A stretch of 64,000 bases of DNA from Bacteroidales bacterium. Lineage in GTDB: Bacteria > Bacteroidota > Bacteroidia > Bacteroidales > JAUNSR01. Below, piece by piece: positions 9,031 to 17,809 of the stretch (the stretch's first letter is position 1; each line of letters opens with the position of its first letter). Under the pieces are notes generated by a model. It saw only the letters and a list, made by a program, of their open reading frames with translations, had not been told where the DNA came from and searched no databases. Position numbers and translations under genes: made by a program. The stretch covers positions 43,821 through 107,820 of the forward strand of contig JAVVQG010000003.1 in assembly GCA_036655355.1 (NCBI GenBank). The letters are read 5' to 3'.

Positions 9031-11997
9031 TTAGAATTCAAAAGACACATTTACCGAATAAGTTCTCGGACGCGGATAGAAAGAGCTGTCGAAGCCGTTC
9101 GGAAGTTCCGGATCCACTCCGGTATAATTGGTAATGGTGAATACGTTTTGGATCAGTGCGGAAACGCGCAACCGGGCACCTTTTACAATCTGACCGAAAT
9201 CATAACCGACGGAGAGGTTGTCCATCTTCAGGAATGAAGCATTCTCCACATAATAATCCGATAAATGTTGGCGGGAGCGGAATCCGGTTTCAAGGTAACT
9301 CCGGGAGAGGTTGTTCAGCTGATAATCGTTGTACGACATCGTTCCGAATGCTCCCGTGTTCATCGCCATCGCATTGTATGCATAGTTGCCGATACTGGCC
9401 CGCAACACAGCCGAAAGCGACCAGTTTTTATAGCGTACCTGTGTATTGAAACCCAGCAGCCAATCAGGAGCGGGAGAGTGGTATCGGTAGAGGTCGCCCG
9501 AGTTGATCACCTCGTCGCCGTTGAGGTCGGCATACGCTCCTTCGATCGGTTTCCCCTGTTCGTTATAAAGCTGTTTATACACATAAAACATGTAGGGGGA
9601 GAAACCTTCGGTAAGCACCTGCACATAGGTGTTGTCTACCGTCGGACCGGCAGGCGTATTGGTGATTGCGGCCCCCTCTACGATAGAGAGGTTGGTGATC
9701 TTGACAGATTGGAAAGTGGCATTTACACCCACGTTCCAATTCACATCCTTTGTGTCGATCAGAACTCCGTTGAGCTGCATCTCCACACCATGACTGGAAA
9801 CCTTACCAACATTGGTCAGAATCGTTTTATCGAAGTTGGTACCCGCAGCTGCCGGTACGGTGGCAAGAAGGTCTTTTGTTTTACGCGAATAGTAATCCAC
9901 CGTTCCGTTGATTCGGTTATTGACAAAACCGAAATCAAAGCCTGCATTGTAAGATTTCGTGGTTTCCCACTTCAGGTTGGAGACATATGCTTCGGGACGA
10001 TACGTGGGATAATAAACATCGCCGAAAAGGTAATAGGCTCCGGGCTGACTGAGGGTATAGACGGGGAGGTAACCGTAATTACCGATTCCTTCCTGCTGTC
10101 CCGTCACCCCGTAGCTCAAACGCAATTTGAGGTTGCTGACAGCCTCTGCCTCCTGCATAAATTCCTCCTGAGTGATACGCCAGCCAAAAGCTACCGAAGG
10201 AAAGGTACCCCAGCGGTTGGCACTGCCAAAACGTGACGTACCGTCGCGACGAATGGTTGCCGTAAGCAGGTATTTGGAGTCGTATGAATAGTTTGCACGT
10301 CCATAAAAGGAGATCAAGGTGTGTCGCTGATCGATAGCCCCGATCACGTTCTGAGCCTCCCCGAGCGTATTGTATTCCGAATAAGCGGGCGTATTGGAGC
10401 GCCAATACTGATAATCGTATCCCCCTGTCACGTCGAGCATACTGCTTATCTTTTCAAACTCTTTGCGATAATTCAGGTAAGCGGAGAACAGCTTATTGGT
10501 TTTCTCCTGAGGTCCGTATTTGTAATCGCGTCCATTAGAGGTGAAAGCGGATGCGGCTTCCGCGGGCACATACACCGTACCTTCTCCGGTAGCATAATCG
10601 TAGCCGAACGTTCCGTGAATACGCAATTCGGGCAAGAAATGGAACTTATAATCCGCATCTGCATTTCCCACAAGACGTTTCACCGTACTTCGTGAATCGC
10701 GTTGTTCAAGCACCCCCAGCGGATTGAGTACGGCACGCGTCACCGGAATTCCGGAAGGATCTATCGCTTCTGTAAAACCGCCGAACCGATCTTCGCCCGA
10801 ATAGATGCCCAGGGTAGGATTCATGGTCGCCGCATTCCAGATTGCGCTGGCATCGGCAAACCGGTTCTTATTGAGTGCACCTTTCACATTGAGGTTGAAT
10901 TTCAGATAATCCTTGAAGAAAGCGGGATTGAGGTTGAGGTTTCCCGTCACACGTTCGGCTCTGTCACTCTTCAGAATCCCCTCTTGGTTGTAGTAACCCA
11001 CCGAAGCGCGGAAAGGGAAATTACGTACGATGCGTCCGGTGAGACTCACGTTATTATCCGTTCCGAAAGCATTCTGATAGATTGCATCGTTCCAATTCGT
11101 GTTTTCGGTTCCCAACAAAGATCTCTGATTGCCGTTTCCCTCCGTTTGTACCACGTTCACAAACTCTTCATACGATAACATCGAAGCGGTTTTCGTTCGT
11201 GTCTGAATCGATTGGACCGAGCTGACAGAGAGTTTCAACTTCTCCGAATCACCTTTTTTCGTAGTGATCATCAACACCCCGTTGGATGCTCTCGAACCGT
11301 AAATCGCGGTGGAGGAGGCATCTTTGAGTACCGTCATCGTTTCAATGTCATTCGGATTGATCAGGTTCAGAAAATTATCGCTGTTACCGCTGATACCGTC
11401 GGCTTCCAACGGAACACCGTCTAATACGATTAACGGCGCATTACTTGCGTTCAGCGAAGCTCCTCCACGGATGCGGATCGTACTCCCGGATGTGGGTGAA
11501 CCGCTGTTGGACATGATCTGTACACCGGCCACCTTTCCATTGATGAGCTGCTCCGGAGAACTCACTCCTCCGTTAAAATCCTTTGCACTGACCGTCTGCA
11601 CCGATCCCGTGAGGTCGTTCTTACGGGTGGTTCCGTAGCCGACCACCACCACTTCATTCAGATTCTTCGACTCCGGCTCCAGGGCTACGTCGATCACCTT
11701 TCTACCTTTTACGGGAATGATTTGTGTCTGATACCCCAGGTATGAGAATTGCAGGGATTTGTCGGCAGGCGCTTCGAGCCGGTAAGCACCGTCGAAATCA
11801 CTCACCGTACCGCTTTTTTCTCCCATGATCAAGACGGCGACACCAATCAGCGGTTCACCACTTTCATCTACTACTTTTCCCGTCACGGTATGTGTTCCGG
11901 ACTGAGCTTTCAGTATCCCGCTGCCACACCAGGGAAGGAGACAATGCATGAGCATGACAAACACTACCCGAAGGAGTGTTGAAGTTGTGTGTTTCAT
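9031..11997 (-). CDS. SusC/RagA family TonB-dependent outer-membrane transporter
   Basis: 988 aa. The N-terminus is carboxypeptidase-regulatory-like (VTGKVVDESGEPLIGVAVLI). Plug motifs are VVVVGYGTTRK and IRIRGGASL..NAPLIVLDGVP. The terminal strand is YSVNVSFEF. Confidence 0.9.
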   Translation of the reverse strand: MKHTTSTLLRVVFVMLMHCLLPWCGSGILKAQSGTHTVTGKVVDESGEPLIGVAVLIMGEKSGTVSDFDGAYRLEAPADKSLQFSYLGYQTQIIPVKGRKVIDVALEPESKNLNEVVVVGYGTTRKNDLTGSVQTVSAKDFNGGVSSPEQLINGKVAGVQIMSNSGSPTSGSTIRIRGGASLNASNAPLIVLDGVPLEADGISGNSDNFLNLINPNDIETMTVLKDASSTAIYGSRASNGVLMITTKKGDSEKLKLSVSSVQSIQTRTKTASMLSYEEFVNVVQTEGNGNQRSLLGTENTNWNDAIYQNAFGTDNNVSLTGRIVRNFPFRASVGYYNQEGILKSDRAERVTGNLNLNPAFFKDYLKFNLNVKGALNKNRFADASAIWNAATMNPTLGIYSGEDRFGGFTEAIDPSGIPVTRAVLNPLGVLEQRDSRSTVKRLVGNADADYKFHFLPELRIHGTFGYDYATGEGTVYVPAEAASAFTSNGRDYKYGPQEKTNKLFSAYLNYRKEFEKISSMLDVTGGYDYQYWRSNTPAYSEYNTLGEAQNVIGAIDQRHTLISFYGRANYSYDSKYLLTATIRRDGTSRFGSANRWGTFPSVAFGWRITQEEFMQEAEAVSNLKLRLSYGVTGQQEGIGNYGYLPVYTLSQPGAYYLFGDVYYPTYRPEAYVSNLKWETTKSYNAGFDFGFVNNRINGTVDYYSRKTKDLLATVPAAAGTNFDKTILTNVGKVSSHGVEMQLNGVLIDTKDVNWNVGVNATFQSVKITNLSIVEGAAITNTPAGPTVDNTYVQVLTEGFSPYMFYVYKQLYNEQGKPIEGAYADLNGDEVINSGDLYRYHSPAPDWLLGFNTQVRYKNWSLSAVLRASIGNYAYNAMAMNTGAFGTMSYNDYQLNNLSRSYLETGFRSRQHLSDYYVENASFLKMDNLSVGYDFGQIVKGARLRVSALIQNVFTITNYTGVDPELPNGFDSSFYPRPRTYSVNVSFEF

Positions 11998-12200
11998 TCG
12001 TATTTATTTAAGGGTTCCATAATAATCGCATGCCATCGGCATTCCTACCAAAGTGAAATTCTGACGGTAGAAATCGATTACGATGCAATATTAGGCCTTT
12101 TTGATGCCCTATTTTAGGATAAAATGGACAAAAAATGACAGAATTTAGACATATTTGCGACATCTTATTTTTCATATCCCTTGAAGTACCTGATTAAACC

Positions 12201-15200
12201 ATGAGAATTCAGACCATTATCTATTTTCTCCTTTTCTTTCTCATCTGCCCTATGCGTACGGTAAGTATGGGAATAGAAAGTAAAGAAATCATACCCGATC
12301 AATTTTATACCTTGAATAAAAGCGAGGGGTTGTCCGACCCCACTGTTTATTGCTTTTTACAAGATCGGGAAGGGTACGTCTGGATCGGAACAGCAAACGG
12401 GCTGAACCGGTACGACGGCTACCGAATGACCGAATACCGTGCCGTATCGGGTGATTCGACTTCCCTAAGTCACTCCCGGATCAACTGCATGATTGAATTG
12501 AATTCGGGAATCCTGCTGATCGGCACCGACCAGGGGATTAATCGTTTCGACAAAAGCACCGGACATTTCTCCTCCTTACCGATGGGGCGCTCCTTATCTG
12601 CCAAATTCTTCTGCCTAAGTCCCGAGGGCCTCCTTTGGATCGGTACCAACAACGGTTTATTCCAATACAACCTCAACTCCGGAACATGGATCCATTTCAA
12701 CAGAAATTCCGCAGAACACTATTTCCCGGGCGATTACGTCCCGTGCGGTTTCTTAGATGACGACGGTTGGTTGTATACCGGATCGCACAACTGTTTCTGC
12801 AAGATCTCCCCAGCCGGAGAAGTGGTTCAACTTACATTCCCCACTCCCGCATCCATTTCGGGTAGGGGTACGGGCGGCGATTTGCTACTGTCGATACACA
12901 AAGACCTTTCAGATTCCGCTCAGTGGTTTCTGGGTACTGAAAAAGGATTATGGAAAGTGAATACACGCACCGGAGAGAGCAAAGGATACCTACCGAACAA
13001 CCCCATCAAAACACTTCTTTACGACAACGAGCAGAATCTCTGGATCGGAACCGACAACGGCCTCGTTATTTATGATCAGAGCAGAGAGCGTTTTGTGCTC
13101 AGAACACACAATATCGAAAATAAAAGTTCATTGATCAACAATGTGGTATGGAGCATTTTCAAGGATGCCGACAACACCATGTGGCTCGGTACGGCAAATG
13201 GCATTTCGCTCTATTTCGACAACACGAACTTCCGCTTCGTTTCCGTTAAGAATCTTACCGGCGTAACGGACGGCATCGAGGTATCTTCCATTTTACAGGA
13301 TGAGGAGGTGCTTTGGCTGGGGGGCTCCAACGGTCTGATCCGCCATGACCTTCAACGACACGCTTCCGATTGGTTCAAAGCCGAGTCGAACGCTCCTCAC
13401 GCCCTATCGCACAACAAAGTACGCTTTCTCTATCCCGATGCGAATTCCGTGTGGATCGCCACGGACGGTGGATTAAACCGATACGACCGGAAAAGCGGAA
13501 GGATCATCTCCTATGTGATAACCGAACCCAGCGGACTTTACAATTCCAATTGGATGTATAGCATTGCGGAGGATCGTTCGGGTGCTTTGTGGCTGGGTAC
13601 ATACGAAGGAGGGATCTTTGTGGTTGATAAAGAGAAACTGCTGGGCTGCAACGGAGTAGTCGCAGCGGATCGTCATTTCAACAATGCACATCCCCTAGCG
13701 CCATTATCGGAAAATATCGTGAACTCCATCGTAATTGATTCCTTGGGTTCCGTTTGGGCGGCGACAGATAATTACGGGGTGAATCACATACTTCACGATT
13801 CGGCAACGGTTCGTCAGATACGCCTGGAAGGGAATCAGCTGAACTGCAATCAGACCCGCTGTTTGTCGATCGCTCCCGACGGCAGGATCTGGCTCGGTAC
13901 GGAGAACGGCCTTTCGGTACTTTCGCCCGATAAAAAGAACTTTCGACCCTTTGCGGGGGATAAGATTCACGGGGCGGTATCCTTTATGACCTTTGTCGGC
14001 CCGCAGGTTTGGTTCTCCTCTCCGAATGGTCTTCAGGCAGTGGATTTGGAGCGACAGACGATACAAAATGTCTCCCTGGGCGGCTACAGCAGCTACTGCT
14101 CTTATTTTCATCCTCAGAACAATACGATGTATATCGGGTCGACCGACGGCTTTCTTCTTTTTCATCCCGATTCGATCCGTGAACCGGAGCGTCCGTTACT
14201 CGCTGTCACCAACCTGTTAATCGCCAATAAACCGGTGGAAGTGGGTAAAAGCTACCATCATAATGTCATTCTGCAACATTCGATGAGCGTGCAGAAAAGC
14301 ATCCGGCTCGACTATAACCAAAATTCTTTCGCATTGGAATTTTCGTCGTTCTGCTTCGACCCCTCGATTGAAACGGGATACGGCTATCGTTTGAAAGGGT
14401 TGGACGATGAATGGCAATTTAATGATGCCCGAAACAACAAGGCTACTTTCATCAACGTTCCGCCGGGCAACTACCTGTTCGAAGTGTGTAGTCTGGGAAG
14501 CGACGGGCTGCCCACCGACAACATCCGTACACTGGCGATAGAGATCCGAAACGTATGGTTTAAGACCCTGACGGCTAAGATTCTTTATGTATTTCTATTT
14601 CTGGCCCTGCTGTTTTGGATTCGGCGCACGGTACGAATGAAACACCGTTTCAACATCGAACGGGTGAAGATGAATCAGGCCTTAACACTCATCCGTTCGA
14701 AGACCGATTTCTTCGTAAATGCATCGGAAGAGTTCGTGACTCCTTTAAATACCATTTTAAGCGAAGTGGGACGATTGACGATCTCCGAGCGCGAGAAGCT
14801 ACACGCCCGTGATTTAAAGGCGATACAACAGAGCGCCAAAGAGATTCAAAACCTGCTTACGGGGATGTTGTTGCATAAAGAGGAAAATATCAGGATTCCC
14901 CTCTTACCCTCCTCCACCCTTTTGCCGCTTTTGGTGGAGGGCGTTTTTGAACGGATGCGACCTACATTCGAGCAGAAACAATTGAAAGCGACGCTGTTCT
15001 GTGAGGATGTTCCCTTTATATTCCAACTGGATCAGGCGAAGATAGAAACCGCTCTGACGCACTTACTCACAAATAGCATCCGGTTTACGGCACCGGGAGG
15101 TGAGATCGGAGTGGAAGTACGCATCCGCGAATTACACGAACAACGCATTACGGTGGGTATAGAGATTGCCGATTCCGGATGTGGAATTCCGGCAGAGGAG

Positions 15201-15827
15201 CTGCCTAAGGTCTTTGACCGTTATTACCAAGCCGGAAAAAGTCCCCTCAACGGTCGCCAGGGATCGGGAATCGGTCTGTCTGTGGCCAAAGCGATTCTTG
15301 AAGAACACGACGGCTCTATCCGTATTGATTCGATACCGGGACACGGTACAAAGGTCACCCTGTTGATAAGTTCTTTTCCCGAACCTCTACCGGAAAAGAA
15401 CAGTCACACCCTTCCGGAAACAATTGCAAACGGAGATCCAACCCCTTACCGTTCCGAGAAGGAGTCGGAAGAGGTTCTTAAGCGGGAGGAGATCGATCCG
15501 CGAGATGAACAATTCATGCAGCAGATTACGGCACTGATAGACGGTTCTCTCTCTGATCCGGATCTGAATGTGGAGTTTTTATGTAAGAAAAGCGGGTACG
15601 GAAATAAGTATGTATATCGTAAAATCAAACAGAATACCGGCATGAACGTGGTGGAATACATTCGGAGCATACGCATAAAAAAGGCAGCTATGCTCTTAAA
15701 GGAGAACAAGCTGCCGATTTCTGAGATCATGTATCTGGTAGGATTCTCGAACCACTCTTACTTTACGAAGTGTTTCAGAAACCAATATGACGTCTCACCA
15801 AAGGAGTATATGAAACAGGAAGGATAG
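12201..15827 (+). CDS. HTCS-like PUL regulator: periplasmic beta-propeller/Y_Y_Y sensor, degenerate histidine-kinase core, AraC-type HTH, no receiver domain
   Basis: 1208 aa. It has repeated W.GT..GL..Y/F propeller motifs, a Y_Y_Y-like segment, the TM helix ILYVFLFLALLFWI, and HATPase boxes (LLTNSIRFT, DSGCGIP, GSGIGLS). The C-terminal HTH is IRIKKAAMLL...VGFSNHSYFTKCFR. The H-box reads SEEFVTPL instead of SHE.RTPL (see findings). Confidence 0.85.
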   Translation: MRIQTIIYFLLFFLICPMRTVSMGIESKEIIPDQFYTLNKSEGLSDPTVYCFLQDREGYVWIGTANGLNRYDGYRMTEYRAVSGDSTSLSHSRINCMIELNSGILLIGTDQGINRFDKSTGHFSSLPMGRSLSAKFFCLSPEGLLWIGTNNGLFQYNLNSGTWIHFNRNSAEHYFPGDYVPCGFLDDDGWLYTGSHNCFCKISPAGEVVQLTFPTPASISGRGTGGDLLLSIHKDLSDSAQWFLGTEKGLWKVNTRTGESKGYLPNNPIKTLLYDNEQNLWIGTDNGLVIYDQSRERFVLRTHNIENKSSLINNVVWSIFKDADNTMWLGTANGISLYFDNTNFRFVSVKNLTGVTDGIEVSSILQDEEVLWLGGSNGLIRHDLQRHASDWFKAESNAPHALSHNKVRFLYPDANSVWIATDGGLNRYDRKSGRIISYVITEPSGLYNSNWMYSIAEDRSGALWLGTYEGGIFVVDKEKLLGCNGVVAADRHFNNAHPLAPLSENIVNSIVIDSLGSVWAATDNYGVNHILHDSATVRQIRLEGNQLNCNQTRCLSIAPDGRIWLGTENGLSVLSPDKKNFRPFAGDKIHGAVSFMTFVGPQVWFSSPNGLQAVDLERQTIQNVSLGGYSSYCSYFHPQNNTMYIGSTDGFLLFHPDSIREPERPLLAVTNLLIANKPVEVGKSYHHNVILQHSMSVQKSIRLDYNQNSFALEFSSFCFDPSIETGYGYRLKGLDDEWQFNDARNNKATFINVPPGNYLFEVCSLGSDGLPTDNIRTLAIEIRNVWFKTLTAKILYVFLFLALLFWIRRTVRMKHRFNIERVKMNQALTLIRSKTDFFVNASEEFVTPLNTILSEVGRLTISEREKLHARDLKAIQQSAKEIQNLLTGMLLHKEENIRIPLLPSSTLLPLLVEGVFERMRPTFEQKQLKATLFCEDVPFIFQLDQAKIETALTHLLTNSIRFTAPGGEIGVEVRIRELHEQRITVGIEIADSGCGIPAEELPKVFDRYYQAGKSPLNGRQGSGIGLSVAKAILEEHDGSIRIDSIPGHGTKVTLLISSFPEPLPEKNSHTLPETIANGDPTPYRSEKESEEVLKREEIDPRDEQFMQQITALIDGSLSDPDLNVEFLCKKSGYGNKYVYRKIKQNTGMNVVEYIRSIRIKKAAMLLKENKLPISEIMYLVGFSNHSYFTKCFRNQYDVSPKEYMKQEG

Positions 15828-15837
15828 TTTTATTCAC

Positions 15838-15870
15838 ACCTTATTCATACCTTATTCATACCTTATTCAT
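15838..15870. repeat. 11-bp tandem repeat (accttattcat x3) at the junction of two convergent genes
   Basis: Three exact consecutive copies lie at 15838-15848, 15849-15859 and 15860-15870. The repeats supply the stop codon and the last residues (GMNKV*) of the minus-strand gene. Confidence 0.85.
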
Positions 15871-17373
15871 ACCCATCAGTTCTTCCAGGTAGGTGCGACT
15901 GTTGCTTAGGCGTGGTATCTTATGCTGGCCTCCGAGCTTCCCTTTGTTTTTAAGCCAGTCGTGGAAGAGTCCCGTACGGGCCGGGATCAGCTCCAAACGG
16001 TCCAGGAAGAGTCCTTTATAGCGTTTGGCTTCATAATCGGAGTTCAGGTTCTGCAATTCGCGGTCAAGGATTTCGGCGAACTCCTCCGTAGAGGCAGGCG
16101 CTTTTGAGAACTCGATGAGCCAGGTGTGGTGTCCTTTCTTATTTCCACTCATGAACGTGGGGCCGGCTGTGTATTCTGTCACGACCGCTCCCGTTTTCTC
16201 ACAGGCGATTTCGATCCCCTTATCGGCATTCGCCACCATCAGTTCTTCCCCGAAAGCGTTGATATAATGCTTGGTACGTCCGGTTATAATGAATTTATAG
16301 GGATTTACGGAAGTAAACTTCACGGTATCGCCGATGATGTAGCGCCAGAGTCCCGAGTTCGTACTGATCACAACGGCATAGTTGCGGCCCGGTTCCACCT
16401 GCCACAAAGGAACAACTGTGGGTTTCGGCGCATCAATCTCCTCCAACGGAATAAATTCGAAGAACACCCCCAAGTCGATCATCAGAAGCATCGATGCATC
16501 GTTGAAATCGTTCTGAATGCCAAAGAATCCCTCCGAAGCGTTATAGGTCTCCACATAATGCATCTGATCGGAAGGGATCAGCTCTTTGTATTGTTCGCGA
16601 TAGGGCGCGAAACTGATTCCTCCGTGAAAGAACACCTCCAGATTCGGCCACACTTCGAGCAGGTTCTTCTTATTCTCTTTCTGCAGGATTTTCTTAATCA
16701 ACACCAGAAACCAAGAGGGTACGCCAGACATGTTTGTTACGTTCTCCTTCACTGTTGAGTTTGCCATCGCCTCTAGCTTGGCTTCCCATTCATCCATCAG
16801 TGCGATCTCCTTACTGGGTACGCGAATCATATCCACCATGAAACTGACGTTCTGAATCAATACGGCCGATAAATCGCCGTAATGAATATTCTCTGCCAAC
16901 TCATCGGGTTTGTGGCTTCCTCCGAGAATCAACCCTTTGCCGGACAAGAAGCGACTCTCCGGATTCATACGCAGGTAAATGGCTACGGCATCCTTCCCGC
17001 CCTGATAATGGCACTCGTCAAGCGCTTCGCGGCTGACCGGAATGAATTTACTTTTGTCATTGGTCGTACCCGAAGATTTTGCAAACCAAACGATGTCGCT
17101 TCCCCACAAGATGTTCTGTTCGCCACGCAACATCCGTTCCACGTAAGGTTTTACCTCTTCGTAAGTTTGGAGCGGCACCCTTTTGGAAAACTCATCGTAG
17201 GTGTCGATCGTATTGTAGTCGTATTTTTTTCCCCATTCCGTATTCCGTGCTGCCATAATCAGACGGTATAACTGATTCTGTTGGATCATCAGGGTGTCTG
17301 TGGCATATCGGTCTATCTCTCGCAATCTCTTCTGAAATGCGAAAGTGAGTAATTTAGTTGTATTCATTGACAC
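15856..17373 (-). CDS. GH3 auxin-responsive-promoter family protein (acyl-adenylate-forming, ANL-like)
   Basis: 505 aa. FAKSSGTT...KFIP near the N-terminus and overall similarity match the bacterial GH3 family that is widespread in Bacteroidota. The track start is GTG at 17373, with an alternative ATG at 17367. Confidence 0.7.
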   Translation of the reverse strand: MSMNTTKLLTFAFQKRLREIDRYATDTLMIQQNQLYRLIMAARNTEWGKKYDYNTIDTYDEFSKRVPLQTYEEVKPYVERMLRGEQNILWGSDIVWFAKSSGTTNDKSKFIPVSREALDECHYQGGKDAVAIYLRMNPESRFLSGKGLILGGSHKPDELAENIHYGDLSAVLIQNVSFMVDMIRVPSKEIALMDEWEAKLEAMANSTVKENVTNMSGVPSWFLVLIKKILQKENKKNLLEVWPNLEVFFHGGISFAPYREQYKELIPSDQMHYVETYNASEGFFGIQNDFNDASMLLMIDLGVFFEFIPLEEIDAPKPTVVPLWQVEPGRNYAVVISTNSGLWRYIIGDTVKFTSVNPYKFIITGRTKHYINAFGEELMVANADKGIEIACEKTGAVVTEYTAGPTFMSGNKKGHHTWLIEFSKAPASTEEFAEILDRELQNLNSDYEAKRYKGLFLDRLELIPARTGLFHDWLKNKGKLGGQHKIPRLSNSRTYLEELMGMNKV

Positions 17374-17393
17374 TTCATTTAATAGGTCAGTTG

Positions 17394-17401
17394 CAAAAAT
17401 A
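17394..17401 (-). promoter_or_regulatory. Bacteroides-type -7 box (TAnnTTTG) for the GH3-family gene
   Basis: The minus strand reads TATTTTTG, about 20 nt upstream of the start codon. Chance matches to this 8-mer are expected at roughly 1 per 4 kb per strand, so support comes from position and orientation. Confidence 0.45.
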
Positions 17402-17771
17402 TCGTTTTATCCACAGGATAAAAATTTGATTACGCTTTTATTCTTAGTATCAGAGTATAATAATACTAAAAAGTTTCCGAGACATTCCCTGTAAAATTCC
17501 CAATTGACCCATCTCGTTCAATTTGGGAAAGGAAATAGCTGAAAAAGCACCGCGATGGTTCGCACCTTATAATTTATCTCAATTCAATCATTGACTTTCC
17601 CGATTCGTTTTGAGTGCTCAACAAAAGAAATGCATCCGTATCGAAGCTTTTAAGTGGGTTTGCCATGTCAGATCGTAACAAATGGGAGGTTAATAGGTTC
17701 GTAAGTGCTACCATATCACTTATTTCAAAGATTATTAATTTATTATTCGGCAGAACACTAGTGATATTTTT

Positions 17772-17779
17772 TATATTTG
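17772..17779 (+). promoter_or_regulatory. -7 box TATATTTG upstream of pfkA
   Basis: Exact TAnnTTTG match 30 nt upstream of the ATG at 17810. Confidence 0.5.
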
Positions 17780-17809
17780 TAAACAATTAATTCAAAAAGC
17801 AATACGCTT

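Noticed and set aside
17574-17786. 70-aa minus-strand ORF in the GH3/pfkA intergenic gap
   Set aside because: It is in an AT-rich region and overlaps the pfkA promoter box. It has no promoter of its own, no signal or TM segment, and no recognisable motif.
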